A stretch of 64,000 bases of DNA from Octopus sinensis (taxonomy: Eukaryota): positions 11,780,001 to 11,844,000 of the forward strand of contig NC_043023.1 in assembly GCF_006345805.1 (NCBI RefSeq), in the 5' to 3' direction. The notes beneath the pieces are model-generated. The model did not search any database and was not told the DNA's origin. It saw only the letters and a list, made by a program, of their open reading frames with translations. Positions 53,225 to 64,000 of the stretch are shown in pieces. Numbering within the stretch: the stretch's first letter is position 1; every line of letters begins with the position of its first letter. The translations under genes were made by a program, and so were the position numbers.

Positions 53225-53890
53225 GAATGTCTATGTTTGTCTTGTCAAGGAATTCATTTGAGAGAATGATTTACCAAATATCACAGTGATATGGTTTCTC
53301 CCTTGGATGAGTACATTTGTGACAAGTTAGAACGATATTTTCAGAAAATGATTAACCACAAATATCACAATGATAAGGCTTCTCTCCCATATGAATATCT
53401 TTCTGAATTGTTAAACACTATTTTCAGAAACTAATTTACTACAGATATCAAAACGCTATGGCTTCTCTCCCTTATGAATAACTTTCTGAATTGTTAAAGC
53501 GCTTTTTTCAGAAACTAATTTACTAATTTTCAAACAACAAAGACTTTAGAATTATTGCATACAAAGTTTACTGATTGAAACATTTAAAAATGCTACTGAA
53601 ACACAAGAAAAGCAGAGGTTTGAGGGGTCACCGGGGAAAGTACAGCTCACCTGACCCCTTTACCTATGAAGTTCATGCCTTAGGGGCTTCAGATACTTCC
53701 CATGGAAACTTGGGGTAGTGTTATACAGCAAGTATAGCTCACACTGTCATTTTATACACCAGAAATATACGATAGATCTACGAGAGAAAGATTTAGCAGA
53801 GATATCACAATGACAGTTTCTGTCTAATATGGACATGTTCGTGTATAGTTAAAATACCATTTCCCAAAATAATTACCACAGGTATTGGAA
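53225..53890 (-). pseudogene. Fossil fingers in the 3' region of gene E
   Basis: Degenerate 84-bp finger units with stops and indels. Confidence 0.8.
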
Positions 53891-53892
53891 TG

Positions 53893-55035
53893 TCATGGCT
53901 TCTCTCTTGTATGTGACAACTTGTGTTTAGTTAAGTTACCACTTTGAGAGAATGATTTACCGCAGACATCACAATCAAATGGCTTCTCTCCTGTATGTAC
54001 GAACTTGTGTTTAGTTAAGGTACTTCTGTGAGAGAATGATTTACCGCAGATATCACAAGAAAATGGCTTCTCTCCTGTATGAACACGCTTGTGTCTAGTT
54101 AAATCGCTATTTCTAAAAAATGCTTTACCACAGATATCACAGTGATATGGTTTTTCCCCAGGATGAATGCGCTTGTGTTTATTGAAGTTACCACTTTCAA
54201 TGAATGATTTACCACAAACGTCACAATGAAATGGTTTCTCTCCTGGATGAACACGTTTATGGACAGTCAAGACACTATTACAAGAAAAGGATTTACCACA
54301 GATATGACAAGGGTATGGATTCTTTCCTGTATGAACACTTTTGTGACAAGTTAAAACGCTATTTCGAGAAAACGATTTACCACAAATATCACACTGAAAT
54401 GGTTTTTCCCCAGTATGAATACGTTCGTGACGAATCAAATGGCTACTCAAAGAGAATGATTTACCGCAGACATCACAAGAATATGGCTTCTCTCCTGTAT
54501 GAACACTTTTGTGACAAGTTAAAATGCTATTTCGAGAAAATGATTTACCACAGATATCACAGTGATGAGGTTTTCCCTCAGTGTGAATACGTAAGTGATA
54601 AGTCAACTGACTATTATAAAAGAATGATTTACCGCAGACATCACAAGAATATGGATTCTCCCCTGTATGAACACTTTTGTGACAAGTTAAAATGCTATTT
54701 CGAGAGAATAATTTACCACAGATATCACAATGATATGGCTTTTCTCCTGTATGAATACGTTTGTGATGAGTCAAATTACTTATTTGAGAGAATGTTTTAC
54801 CACAAATATCACAATGATATGGCTTCTCGCCTGCATGTGTAAGTTTGTGGTTAGTCAAGGAACCAGTTTGAGAGAATGATTTACCACAGATATCACATTC
54901 ATATGGCTTCTCACCTGTATGTGTACGTTTGTGTACAGTCAAGGAACCACATTGAGAGAATGATTTACCACAAATATTACAGCGATATGGTTTCTCTACT
55001 GCATCAGGGTTTTTGCGTTTAGTTAAACGATTCAT
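53893..55035 (-). CDS. C2H2 zinc-finger protein E (380 aa, 13 fingers)
   Basis: Uninterrupted ORF from [16 protein letters not shown] to HTREKP*. Acceptor 55237/55236, donor 56617/56616. Confidence 0.92.
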   Translation of the reverse strand: MNRLTKRKNPDAVEKPYRCNICGKSFSQCGSLTVHKRTHTGEKPYECDICGKSFSQTGSLTNHKLTHAGEKPYHCDICGKTFSQISNLTHHKRIHTGEKPYHCDICGKLFSRNSILTCHKSVHTGENPYSCDVCGKSFFYNSQLTYHLRIHTEGKPHHCDICGKSFSRNSILTCHKSVHTGEKPYSCDVCGKSFSLSSHLIRHERIHTGEKPFQCDICGKSFSRNSVLTCHKSVHTGKNPYPCHICGKSFSCNSVLTVHKRVHPGEKPFHCDVCGKSFIESGNFNKHKRIHPGEKPYHCDICGKAFFRNSDLTRHKRVHTGEKPFSCDICGKSFSHRSTLTKHKFVHTGEKPFDCDVCGKSFSQSGNLTKHKLSHTREKP

Positions 55036-55382
55036 TATCAGAGAATAATTTATCGTACATGCAACAATGAAAGTGTCTTTTAAATTCCTATGAATATGTT
55101 TTATGTAAAGAGGTTGATGTATTGATGAATGCTCCTTATAAATATATCGTCTTCCTTTAGTTGATGAAAGTTGATAAAAACATCAGAGGCACATCTGAAT
55201 GAAGTAATTTCTTTGACGTCAACAAGGTGGGAAATTCTGAAATAAGAAAAGAAGCAGTTGAGATAAAGAGTATAAGATAAATGATATAGTAATTCAACAT
55301 TGCAAATCTTACATCAACACCGTCATCCATTAATTATCCGAGTCCGCACCCCACACACACCCATCAAACAAAATAGTATACT

Positions 55383-55848
55383 AGGTGTAAAATAATGTAT
55401 GGTAAACGAATATGAAGAAAAAAAATTTTCGCTGACGAACAGGGAATCGGTGAGAGGACTTGGAACATTCCCGATGTGAATTTTCCGAGTCCTCTCCCCA
55501 CCCCCCGTTCGCCAGCAGGCATATTTTTTCTATATTCGTTTATTACACGTTATTTTACACTTTTTTTTTCCTTTTTGTGACCGGGTGTCGAAGTGGGGTA
55601 ACTGGAACGCGCGAATTATCTCTTTTCATTTCGTTTACTACACGTTATTTTACACCCGTTACACTATTTCTTCCCTCATTTTTGTGACCGGGTGTCGAAG
55701 TGGAGTTGCTGGATCACGTGAATTATCCGAGTCCGTACACCATCCACCTCCGTCAAAAAATTGAAAAAAATATATAAGGCAATCCAAAGGTATATGTCCC
55801 GTTAGTGGCTTTGTTTACATTTCTGGAGATAACAGAAACCCTAACCCC

Positions 55849-55927
<79 letters not shown>

Positions 55928-56160
55928 TATATGTAAAAAACACTTTCTTGAAATGTATCCGGTATTTCCGGGCCGTATACCGAAGTTACGCCAAAAATAG
56001 TGTAAAATAATGTGTAGTAAACGAATATACAGAAAAAAAGTTTTCGTCGACGAACGGGGAATCGGTGAGAGGACTTGGAACATTCCCGAATCCTATCCCC
56101 GGACCCTCGTTCACCAGCGCGCACTTTTTCCCCTTTCATATTCGTTTTTTTCTGCACCTA
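55383..56160. repeat. Palindromic repeats (about 180 bp) and (TA)n in intron E
   Basis: Same family as 39776 and 61676. Confidence 0.8.
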
Positions 56161-56616
56161 TTGCATTACTTTCCTTTTTTTTCTGTTTTGCTCGCGTCAA
56201 AGGCTTTACTTTGACAGAAATCTGTAGTTATACCATCATCATTCCTATAATTAAAGTAACCTTCAAGCAAATACGTCTCCACTTACCGTTTTATCAGTGT
56301 CTAATTAACAACAGGACAATGTTAATTAATGAGGTATTCTTCAATCGATTTCCCCTCATTTTACTAATTAACTGCGCCGATTTACTCTCATTTCATAAAA
56401 TAACTGGCTTTATATCACACGTAACCGTCGGTCTTAGGATTTCATAAACAACAGATCAACATTTCAGTTTGGAAATTATTAATTAAGACGAGCAAATTAT
56501 ATTTTCCTAATGTTATGGTTCTGCTTCGAAACACTGTCACACCGAGAGGTTCACATAATTCTATTATTTTACATTGTTATTAGTAATATTATTAACGTCA
56601 ATGTTTGCCGACTTAC

Positions 56617-56746
56617 CGTATTCAGATATTAACAACGACTAATTAACTGCTAATTAATCACCGTGATTAATATTTTCGAGGTTGAAGTGCTGAAGAGGTT
56701 ATTTCCCTTTAAACGATTGTATTTCATCAATTCTCCAATAGATGGC
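56617..56746 (-). promoter_or_regulatory. First exon and CTCF-like motif of gene E
   Basis: CCAATAGATGGC(GA) at 56735-56746. Donor at 56617/56616. Confidence 0.6.
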
Positions 56747-57669
56747 GATGCTGACTGGCTACATTTGTCTCGTTTCATCACTTATTCAAGGTACCGAGAG
56801 GTCAGTGTGGCCATGCTGGAGCACCGCCTTTAGTAGAGAAATTTGACCCCAGGCCTTATTCTTTGTAAGCCTAGTACTTATTCTACCAGTGTCTTTTGTC
56901 GAACCGCGAAGTTTACTCTTTTACTTGTTTCAGTCATTTGACTGTGACGACGCTGGGGCACTACCTTTAGTCAAGCAAATCGACCCCAGGACTTATTCTT
57001 TGTAAGCCTAGGACTTATTCTATCGGTGTCTTTTGCCGAACCGCTAGATTACAGGGACGTAAACACACCAGCATCAGTTGTCAAGCGATGTTGGTGAGGA
57101 CAAACACATACATATATATATACGTTGGGATTCTTTCAGTTTCCGTGTATCAAATCCACTCACAAAGCTTTGATCAACCTGAGGCTATAGTAGAAGACTA
57201 TAGCAGTGGGACTGAACCCGGAACCATGTAGTTTGTAAGCAAGCTACTCACCACACAGCCACTCCTAGGCCTAGATATAGATTAACAAAACAAACACAAA
57301 ATGTTTGGTCTAATTTTTTATTCGTTATTCTTTATTAACAAATTTCTCGAAATCTAACTGCAGACATTTTCATTAATTAAGTTATATCAGAGTCAATATT
57401 TTTACAGATGACGGGAAAAAACAAGTCTTTTAGCAAAAAAAATGAACTCAATTACGGAGATGTACTTGCATAGCAAGTGACCTGATCTGAGATCGTGTGC
57501 TGGAACGAAAACAATTGCAGCATGGAAGTTGTTTCTAAGCCATTTAAGAAACACACAAAAAGCGTTAGATTCACTTCAACATTTAATTTTAATTTATCAA
57601 AATATTTTCATCGCTTTGAGACTGCGACCTGCTCACTGACAAAACTCCATTCCGACATTGATTCACTTA

Positions 57670-58262
57670 GACTTGTGTGTGAATACCTGTGGCTTTTTGG
57701 GGAGAATAGTTTACCACTAATGTCACACTGACATTAGCTTCTCTACTGTATGAATGCCTTGATGTAAAGTTAAGTCAGGTCTATGAGAGAATGATGTACC
57801 ACAGACATAACCATGATATAGCTTCTCTCTCAAATGAACATGTTCATATATTGTTAAAACACCATTTTCAGAAAATGAATCACCAAAGGTAGTTATGGCT
57901 TCTCTCCAGGATGTGTCTGTTTGTCTCGTCAAGGAATTCATTTGAGAGAATGATTTACCAGATATCACAGTGATATGGTTTCTCCCTTGTCTGAGTACAT
58001 TTGTGACAAGTTAAAACGATATTTTCAGAAAATGATTAACCACAAATATCACAATGATATGGCTTCTCTCCCATATGAATAACTTTCTGAATTGTTAAAC
58101 ACTATTTTCAGAAACTAATTTAGCAGAGATATCACAGTGATATGGTTTTTCCCCCAGTATGAATCTGTTTCTAATTACACAAATGATTATAACAAAAGAA
58201 TAATTTACTACAGATATCAAAACGCTATGGTTTCTCTCCTGTATGAATAAGTTTGTGACTAG
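57670..58262 (-). pseudogene. Fossil fingers in the 3' region of gene F
   Basis: About seven degenerate finger units, partly homologous to 53225-53520. Confidence 0.8.
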
Positions 58263-58266
58263 TTAA

Positions 58267-59912
58267 CCCTTTTGTTACCAAACCGCCCCAAAAAAATTTT
58301 GGTTAATATGACCAAACCACCCAAAGCCGCCTGAATTTAGCTATTCATATTTAAATGAGAATATCAGAGCAAATCTCTTTAGTACATTCGTGAAAACACG
58401 TGTTATATTTCGTAAACAGTTTATCTACAGTTTTGTACAATAATCGAAGTGTAATTTAATTCTGTGAATTTTGGGAGATTTTTTTCCGAAATTTGTTCCT
58501 ATTGTTTTCAAAATTTGTAATTCTGACAAAAAATGGATACGAATTTCATTATATCAAGCAGCGAGTCAGAATTCGAAGGATTTTCTACTGAAGACCTTCA
58601 TAAATCTAACTCTATGACTGAAAAAAAAAAGCATGTGGTATTTGATAATGAATCTGATGTTTCATTTTCCAAAAATGAAAACAGTGAATCCGAGAGCTCC
58701 GACAGCGATAAAGAAAATGAATTGGCACCTGAATGGAGTGAAAATTTAAAAACTGTTTCTTTCAGTGATTTTTCTGAAGAAACTGGACCAAGCTACAGAC
58801 TTTCCCAGAAGAGTAAAGCCTTAGACTATTTCTTTTTACTTTTTCGAATGAGCCTATTTGAAATCATTACGGCGGAAACAAACTGTTACGCTAAACGTAA
58901 ACAAAACGAAAGAAAGGATAGTTAGTGGTTTCCCATAACCTGAAATGAAATTAAGACTATTTTACCATAAATATTATTATGGGTATCAGAAAGTTACCCA
59001 GAATAACAAATTCTATTGTAAAATTTTGTTGTATACCCAATTGAATATTAGCTAATAACCCATTTTCTATAGCGATGTTTGAACAAAATTTTAATAAATT
59101 TATATTTTGTTGAATTTACCTGTATCTACCTGCAATTAGAGTCGCTTTGTGACAAAAATTATAGTATAGAATTGGTTGAGAACATTTCATTAAATTATCT
59201 TCCAAAATTCACGTTAATATATTGATAAATAAAAAAGTTATAGTTGTTTAATGAAACCAGACTAAATTTATGATTATGTTAGAAATTAATTGAAACACAT
59301 ATCAATTAATTGAAGCACAAATCAATCAAATCAAATCAAACCAAATCAAAATAGATGAACATCAATGGAATTTGTATCCTTGTGGTACCAGTGCCAGTGG
59401 CACATAAGAAAACCATCCGAGCGTGACCGTAGCCAGTACCGCATCGACTGGCCTCCGTGCTGAGGGCACGTAACAAACACCATCCGAGCGTGGCCGTTCG
59501 CCAGCCTCGTCTGGCACCTGTGTCGGTGGCACATAAAAACACCATCCGAGCATGGCCGTCGCCAGCCTCGTCTGGCACCTGTGTCGGTGGCACATAAAAA
59601 CACCATCCGAGCATGGCCGTCTGCCAGCCTCGTCTGGCACCTGTGTCGGTGGCACATAAAAACACCATCCGAGCATGGCCGTCTGCCAGCCTCGCCTGGC
59701 ACATAAAATCACCCACTACACTCTCGGAGTGGTTGGCGTTAGGAAGGGCATCCAGCTGTAGAAACACTGCCAGATCTGACTGGCCTGGTGCAGCCTTCGA
59801 GCTTGCAAGACCCCAGTTGAACCGTCCAACCCATGCTAGCATGAAAGTGGACGTTAAACGATGATGATGACATAAGGGGTGTATTTTGGTCAGAAATATA
59901 GTAACGAAAGGG
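58267..59912 (+). mobile_element. Internally deleted piggyBac element with a nested RTE 3' fragment (about 59330-59870)
   Basis: TTAA TSD at 58263-58266 and 59913-59916. Termini CCCTTTTGTTAC / GTAACGAAAGGG. ORF 58533-58925 has an acidic leader and GP...DYFFLLF...EIITAETNCYA, a piggyBac transposase N-terminus. Confidence 0.9.
59395..59700. repeat. 61-62 bp tandem repeat in the RTE 3' UTR
   Basis: GGCACATAAAAACACCATCCGAGCATGGCCGTC...TGTGTCGGT repeated 4-5 times. Confidence 0.9.
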
Positions 59913-60427
59913 TTAAACACTATTTCCTGAAAATTATTTACTCTGGGTTGGCAATGAATATACTGAAGAATACAGGGTGGGAGTCCACCAAGGATCAGTC
60001 CTCAGACCCTTGTCATTCATCATAGTCCACCAGAAAATGTGTTCGTTTCTGTTTATCAATTCATGCCTTGAGAGGATTTAAACACAGAAATATGTATATG
60101 TATATACTAGCAGTATAGCCTGGCCTTGCTTGGGTGTGTTTTTTAGTTGTGCTTAAAACAGCGGACTTTGATGTCGCATTAACAAAGTTTTGACACAGTT
60201 TCAACCTATGAACTAAAGTATCATGGCGATGCTCGACTTTGCTCTGAATGTGCTGCAAATGTGTAATGCCGACTTCACTAGTTGGTTAATATTCCTTGTG
60301 ACTAGTTAAATGGCTATTTCTAAAAAATGTTTTACCACAGATATCACAGTGATGAGGTTTTCCCTTAGTGTGAATACGTAAGTGATAAGTCAACTGACTA
60401 TTATACAAGAAGGATTTACCACAGATT

Positions 60428-61327
60428 TCACGATGGTATGGTTTTCCCCCCAGTATGAATACTTTTGTGACAAATCAAATTACTTCTTTGAGAGAATGAT
60501 TTACCACAAATATCACACTGATATGGCTTTTCTCCTGTATGTGTACGTTTGTGTTTAGTCAAGGTACTGCTGTCAGAGAATGATTTACCACAAATATCAC
60601 AATGATATGGCTTTTCTCCTGTATGAATACGTTTGTGCTGAGTAAAATTACTCCTTTGAGTGAATGATTTACCACAAATATCACACTGATATGGCTTTTC
60701 TCTTGTATGTGTACATTTGTGATTAGTCAAGGTACTACTGTAAGAGAATGATTTACGACAGATATCACAATGATATGGCTTTTCTCCTGTATGAATACGT
60801 TTGTGCTGAGTCAAATTACTCCTTTGAGAGACTGATTTACCACAAATATCACAATGATATGGCTTCTCGCCTTCATGTGTAAGTTTGTGTACAGTCAAGT
60901 CCCCACTTCGAGGGAATGATTTATCACAGATATCACAATGATATGGCTTCTCACCTGTATGAATACGTTTGTGTACAGTCACCTCCCCACTTCGAGAGAA
61001 TGATTTATCACAGATATCACAATGATATGGCTTTTCTCCTGTATGAATACGTTTGTGCTGAGTCAAACTACTCCTTTGAGAGAATGATTTACCACAAATA
61101 TCACAATGATATGGCTTCTCTCCTGTATGAATACGTTTGTGCTGAGTCAAACTACTCCTTTGAGAGAATGATTTACCACAAATATCACAATCATATGGCT
61201 TCTCCCCTGCATGTGTAAGTTTGTGTTTAGTCAAGTTACCACTTTGAGAGAATGGTTTACCACAAATATTACAGCGATATGGTTTCTCTACTGCATCAGG
61301 GTTTTTGCGTTTAGTTAAACGATTCAT
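60428..61327 (-). CDS. C2H2 zinc-finger protein F (299 aa, 10 fingers, ends after a homopolymer frameshift)
   Basis: Same leader as E. Ends HTGGKTIPS*. Acceptor 61529/61528, donor 62836/62835. Confidence 0.88.
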   Translation of the reverse strand: MNRLTKRKNPDAVEKPYRCNICGKPFSQSGNLTKHKLTHAGEKPYDCDICGKSFSQRSSLTQHKRIHTGEKPYHCDICGKSFSQRSSLTQHKRIHTGEKPYHCDICDKSFSRSGEVTVHKRIHTGEKPYHCDICDKSFPRSGDLTVHKLTHEGEKPYHCDICGKSVSQRSNLTQHKRIHTGEKPYHCDICRKSFSYSSTLTNHKCTHTREKPYQCDICGKSFTQRSNFTQHKRIHTGEKPYHCDICGKSFSDSSTLTKHKRTHTGEKPYQCDICGKSFSQRSNLICHKSIHTGGKTIPS

Positions 61328-61675
61328 TATCAGAGAATAATTTATCGTACATGCAACAATTAAAGTGTCTTTTAAATTCCTATGAATATGTTTTATATAA
61401 AGAGGTTGATGTATTGATGAATGCTCCTTATAAATATATCATCTTCCTTTAGTCAATAAAAGTTGATAAAAACATCAGAGGCACATCTGAATGAAGTAAT
61501 TTCTTTGAGATCAACAAGTTGGGATATTCTGAAATAAGAAAAGAAGCAGTAAGATAAAGAGTATAAGATAAATGATATAGTAATTCAACATTGCAAATCT
61601 TACATCAACACTGTCATCCATTAATTATCCGAGTACGCACCCCACTTACACCCATAAAAAAAAAATAGTGTAATA

Positions 61676-62077
61676 GGTGTAAAATAATGTATGGTAAACA
61701 AATATGAAGAAAAAAATTTTCGCCGACGAACAGGGAATCGGTGAGAGGACTTGGAACATTCCCGATGTGAATTTTCCGAGTCCTCTCCCCCACCCCCCGT
61801 TCGCCAGCAGGCATATTTTTTCCATATTCGTTTATTACACGTTATTTTACACCCGTTACACTATTTTTTCCCTCGTTTCGGTGACCGGGTGTCGAAGTGG
61901 AGTTGATGGATCGCGTGAATTATCCGAGTCCGTACACCATCCACCTCCGTCAAAAAATTGAAAAAAAAAAATAGGGCGATCCCTCGGGATATGTCCAGTA
62001 AGTGGTTTTGTTTACATTTCTGGAGATAACAGAAACCCTTTTGTCCCACCTCTAACCCAAACCCTAACCCCCCATAT

Positions 62078-62115
<38 letters not shown>

Positions 62116-62360
62116 GCAAAAAAACACTTTCTTGAAATGTATCCGGTATTTCCGGGCCGTATACCGAAGTTACGCCAAAAATGATGTAAAATAATGTGTA
62201 GTAAACGAATATACAGAAAAAAAATTTTCGTCGACGAACGGGGAATCGGTGAGAGGACTTGGAACATTCCCGATGTGAATTTTCCGAATCCTATCCCCGG
62301 ACCCTCGTTCACCAGCGCGCACTTTTTCCCCTTTCATATTCGTTTTTTTCTGCACCTATT
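61676..62360. repeat. Palindromic repeats (about 180 bp) in intron F
   Basis: Copy 61676-61853 contains a 37-bp in-register stem at 61727-61803. Confidence 0.85.
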
Positions 62361-62835
62361 GCATTACTTCCTTTTTTTTTTGTTTTACTCGCGTCAAAGA
62401 CTTTAGTTTGACAGAAATCTGTAGTTATACCATCATCATTCCTATAATTAAAATAACCTTAAAGAAAATCCGTCTCCACTTACCGTTTTATCAGTGTCTA
62501 ATTAACAACAGGACAATGTTAATTAATGTGGTGTCCTTCAATCGGTTTCCCCCTCATTTTACTAATTATCTGCGCCGCTTTACCCTCCTTTCATAAAATA
62601 ACTGGCTTTATATCACACGTAACCGTCGGTCTTAGGATTTCATAAACAACAGATCAACATTTCAGTTTGGAAATTATTAATTAAGATTTGGAAATTATTA
62701 ATTAAGACGAGCAAATTATATTTTCCTAATGTTATGGTTCTGCTTCGAAACACTGTCACACCGAGAGGTTCACATAATTCTATTATTTTACATTGTTATT
62801 AGTAATATTATTAAAGTCAATGTTTGCCGACTTAC

Positions 62836-62973
62836 CGTATTCAGATATTAACAACGACTAATTAACTGCTAATTAATCACCGTGATTAATATTTTCGATG
62901 CTTCGCGGTTCAAGTGTTGAAAAGGTTATTTCCCCTTACACGATTGTATTTCATCAATTCTCCAGTAGATGGC
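62836..62973 (-). promoter_or_regulatory. First exon and CTCF-like motif of gene F
   Basis: CCAGTAGATGGC at 62962-62973 (12/12 match to the core consensus). Donor at 62836/62835. Confidence 0.65.
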
Positions 62974-64000
62974 TCTGCTGACTGACTACGATTGTCCCGT
63001 TTCATGAATAACTTCAGGTACAGAGAGGTCAGTGTCTCTTTGACTGTGGCCATGCTGAGGCACTACCTTTAGTCGAGCAAATCGACCCCAGGACTTATTC
63101 TTTGTAAGCCTAGTACTTATTCTACCAGTGTCTTTTGTCGAACTTCTAACTTACGGGGAAGTGAACCCACCAGCACCGATTGTCATGCGATGGTGGGGGG
63201 ACAAACACATACATACATATATCACACAGGATTCTTTCAGTTTCCGTCCACCAAAAACACTCAGAAAGCTTTGGTTGGCCTGAGGTTATAGTAGAAGACA
63301 CTTGCCCAAGGTGACACGCAGTGGGACTGAACCCGGAACCATGTAGTTCGTAAGCAAGCTATTCACCACACAGCCACTCCTAATCCTAGATATAGATTAA
63401 CAAAACAAACACAAAATGTTTAGTCTAATTTTTTATTAGTTATTCTTTATTAACAAATTCCTCAAAGTCCAACTGCTGGCATTTTCATTAATTAAGTTAT
63501 ATCAGAGTCAATATTTTTACAGATGACGGGGGGAAAAACAAGTCTTTTAGCAGGAAAAATGTACTGAATTACAGAGATGTACTTGCATAGCAAGTGACCT
63601 GATCTGAGATCGTTTGTTGGAACGAAAACAATTGCAGCGTGGAAGGTGTTTCTAAGCCATTTAAGAAACACACAAAAACCGTTAGATTCACTTCAACATT
63701 TAAATTTAATTTATCAAAATATTTTCGTCGCTTTGAGACCGAGACCTGTTCACCAACAAAACTCCATTCCGACATTGATTCACTTACGCTCTCTGGCTAT
63801 CTATCTGCGGCTTTATATAGCTATGGTAAGACGTCACCTGGAATTTCATCACCAGTCTAGAACCCCTATCTTGCCCAGGATATCAATTGTCTGGAAGCTG
63901 TTCAGCGACGTGCAACCAAAGGAATATCCTCCATCAGGCATTTGCCATATTCTGAACACCTTACTTCCCTGGGCATTGACACATTGAAACTCTGACGTCT

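Larger units (their letters stand above)
51220..64000. repeat. Tandem segmental duplication of whole gene cassettes (about 51220-56790, 56790-63015, 63015-end)
   Basis: Each unit begins GGTAC..AGAG.TCAGTGT followed by an S1 SINE and the trailer; the two complete units continue through fossil fingers, ZNF exon, palindromic repeats and first exon. Unit D (about 35400-47906) is a further homolog. Confidence 0.92.

Overview
Eukaryotic, AT-rich, repeat-dense DNA, most likely from an octopus. That assignment is an inference from the tRNA-derived SINE and RTE families, the (TA)n tracts and the style of the zinc-finger cluster. The backbone is a tandem cluster of effector-less C2H2 zinc-finger (ZNF) genes: A (+, 2857-3879) with a fused degenerate copy A', then B (14780-15586), C (25446-27029), D (36566-37474), E (53893-55035) and F (60428-61327), all on the minus strand. 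The 3' end of a seventh unit starts near 63015. Each gene follows one cassette plan: a CTCF/YY1-like motif about 120 nt before a non-coding first-exon donor (missing in C), one intron, a single coding exon, often fossil fingers in the 3' region, and a conserved AATAAA trailer. Transposons fill the spaces: a CsRn1-type Gypsy LTR element (42113-47451, TSD TATT), two large CR1-type LINE copies, GG-terminal MITEs with 8-9 bp TSDs, hAT, piggyBac, mariner/Tc1, RTE and Penelope-like remnants, and many SINEs. The strongest leads are the per-gene CTCF-like motif, finger arrays rewritten between near-identical paralogs, a probable -1 frameshift joining LINE ORF1 to ORF2, and a LINE that has replaced the first exon of gene C. 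Coordinates were read by eye; SINE and remnant boundaries are approximate. No database searches or alignments were run.
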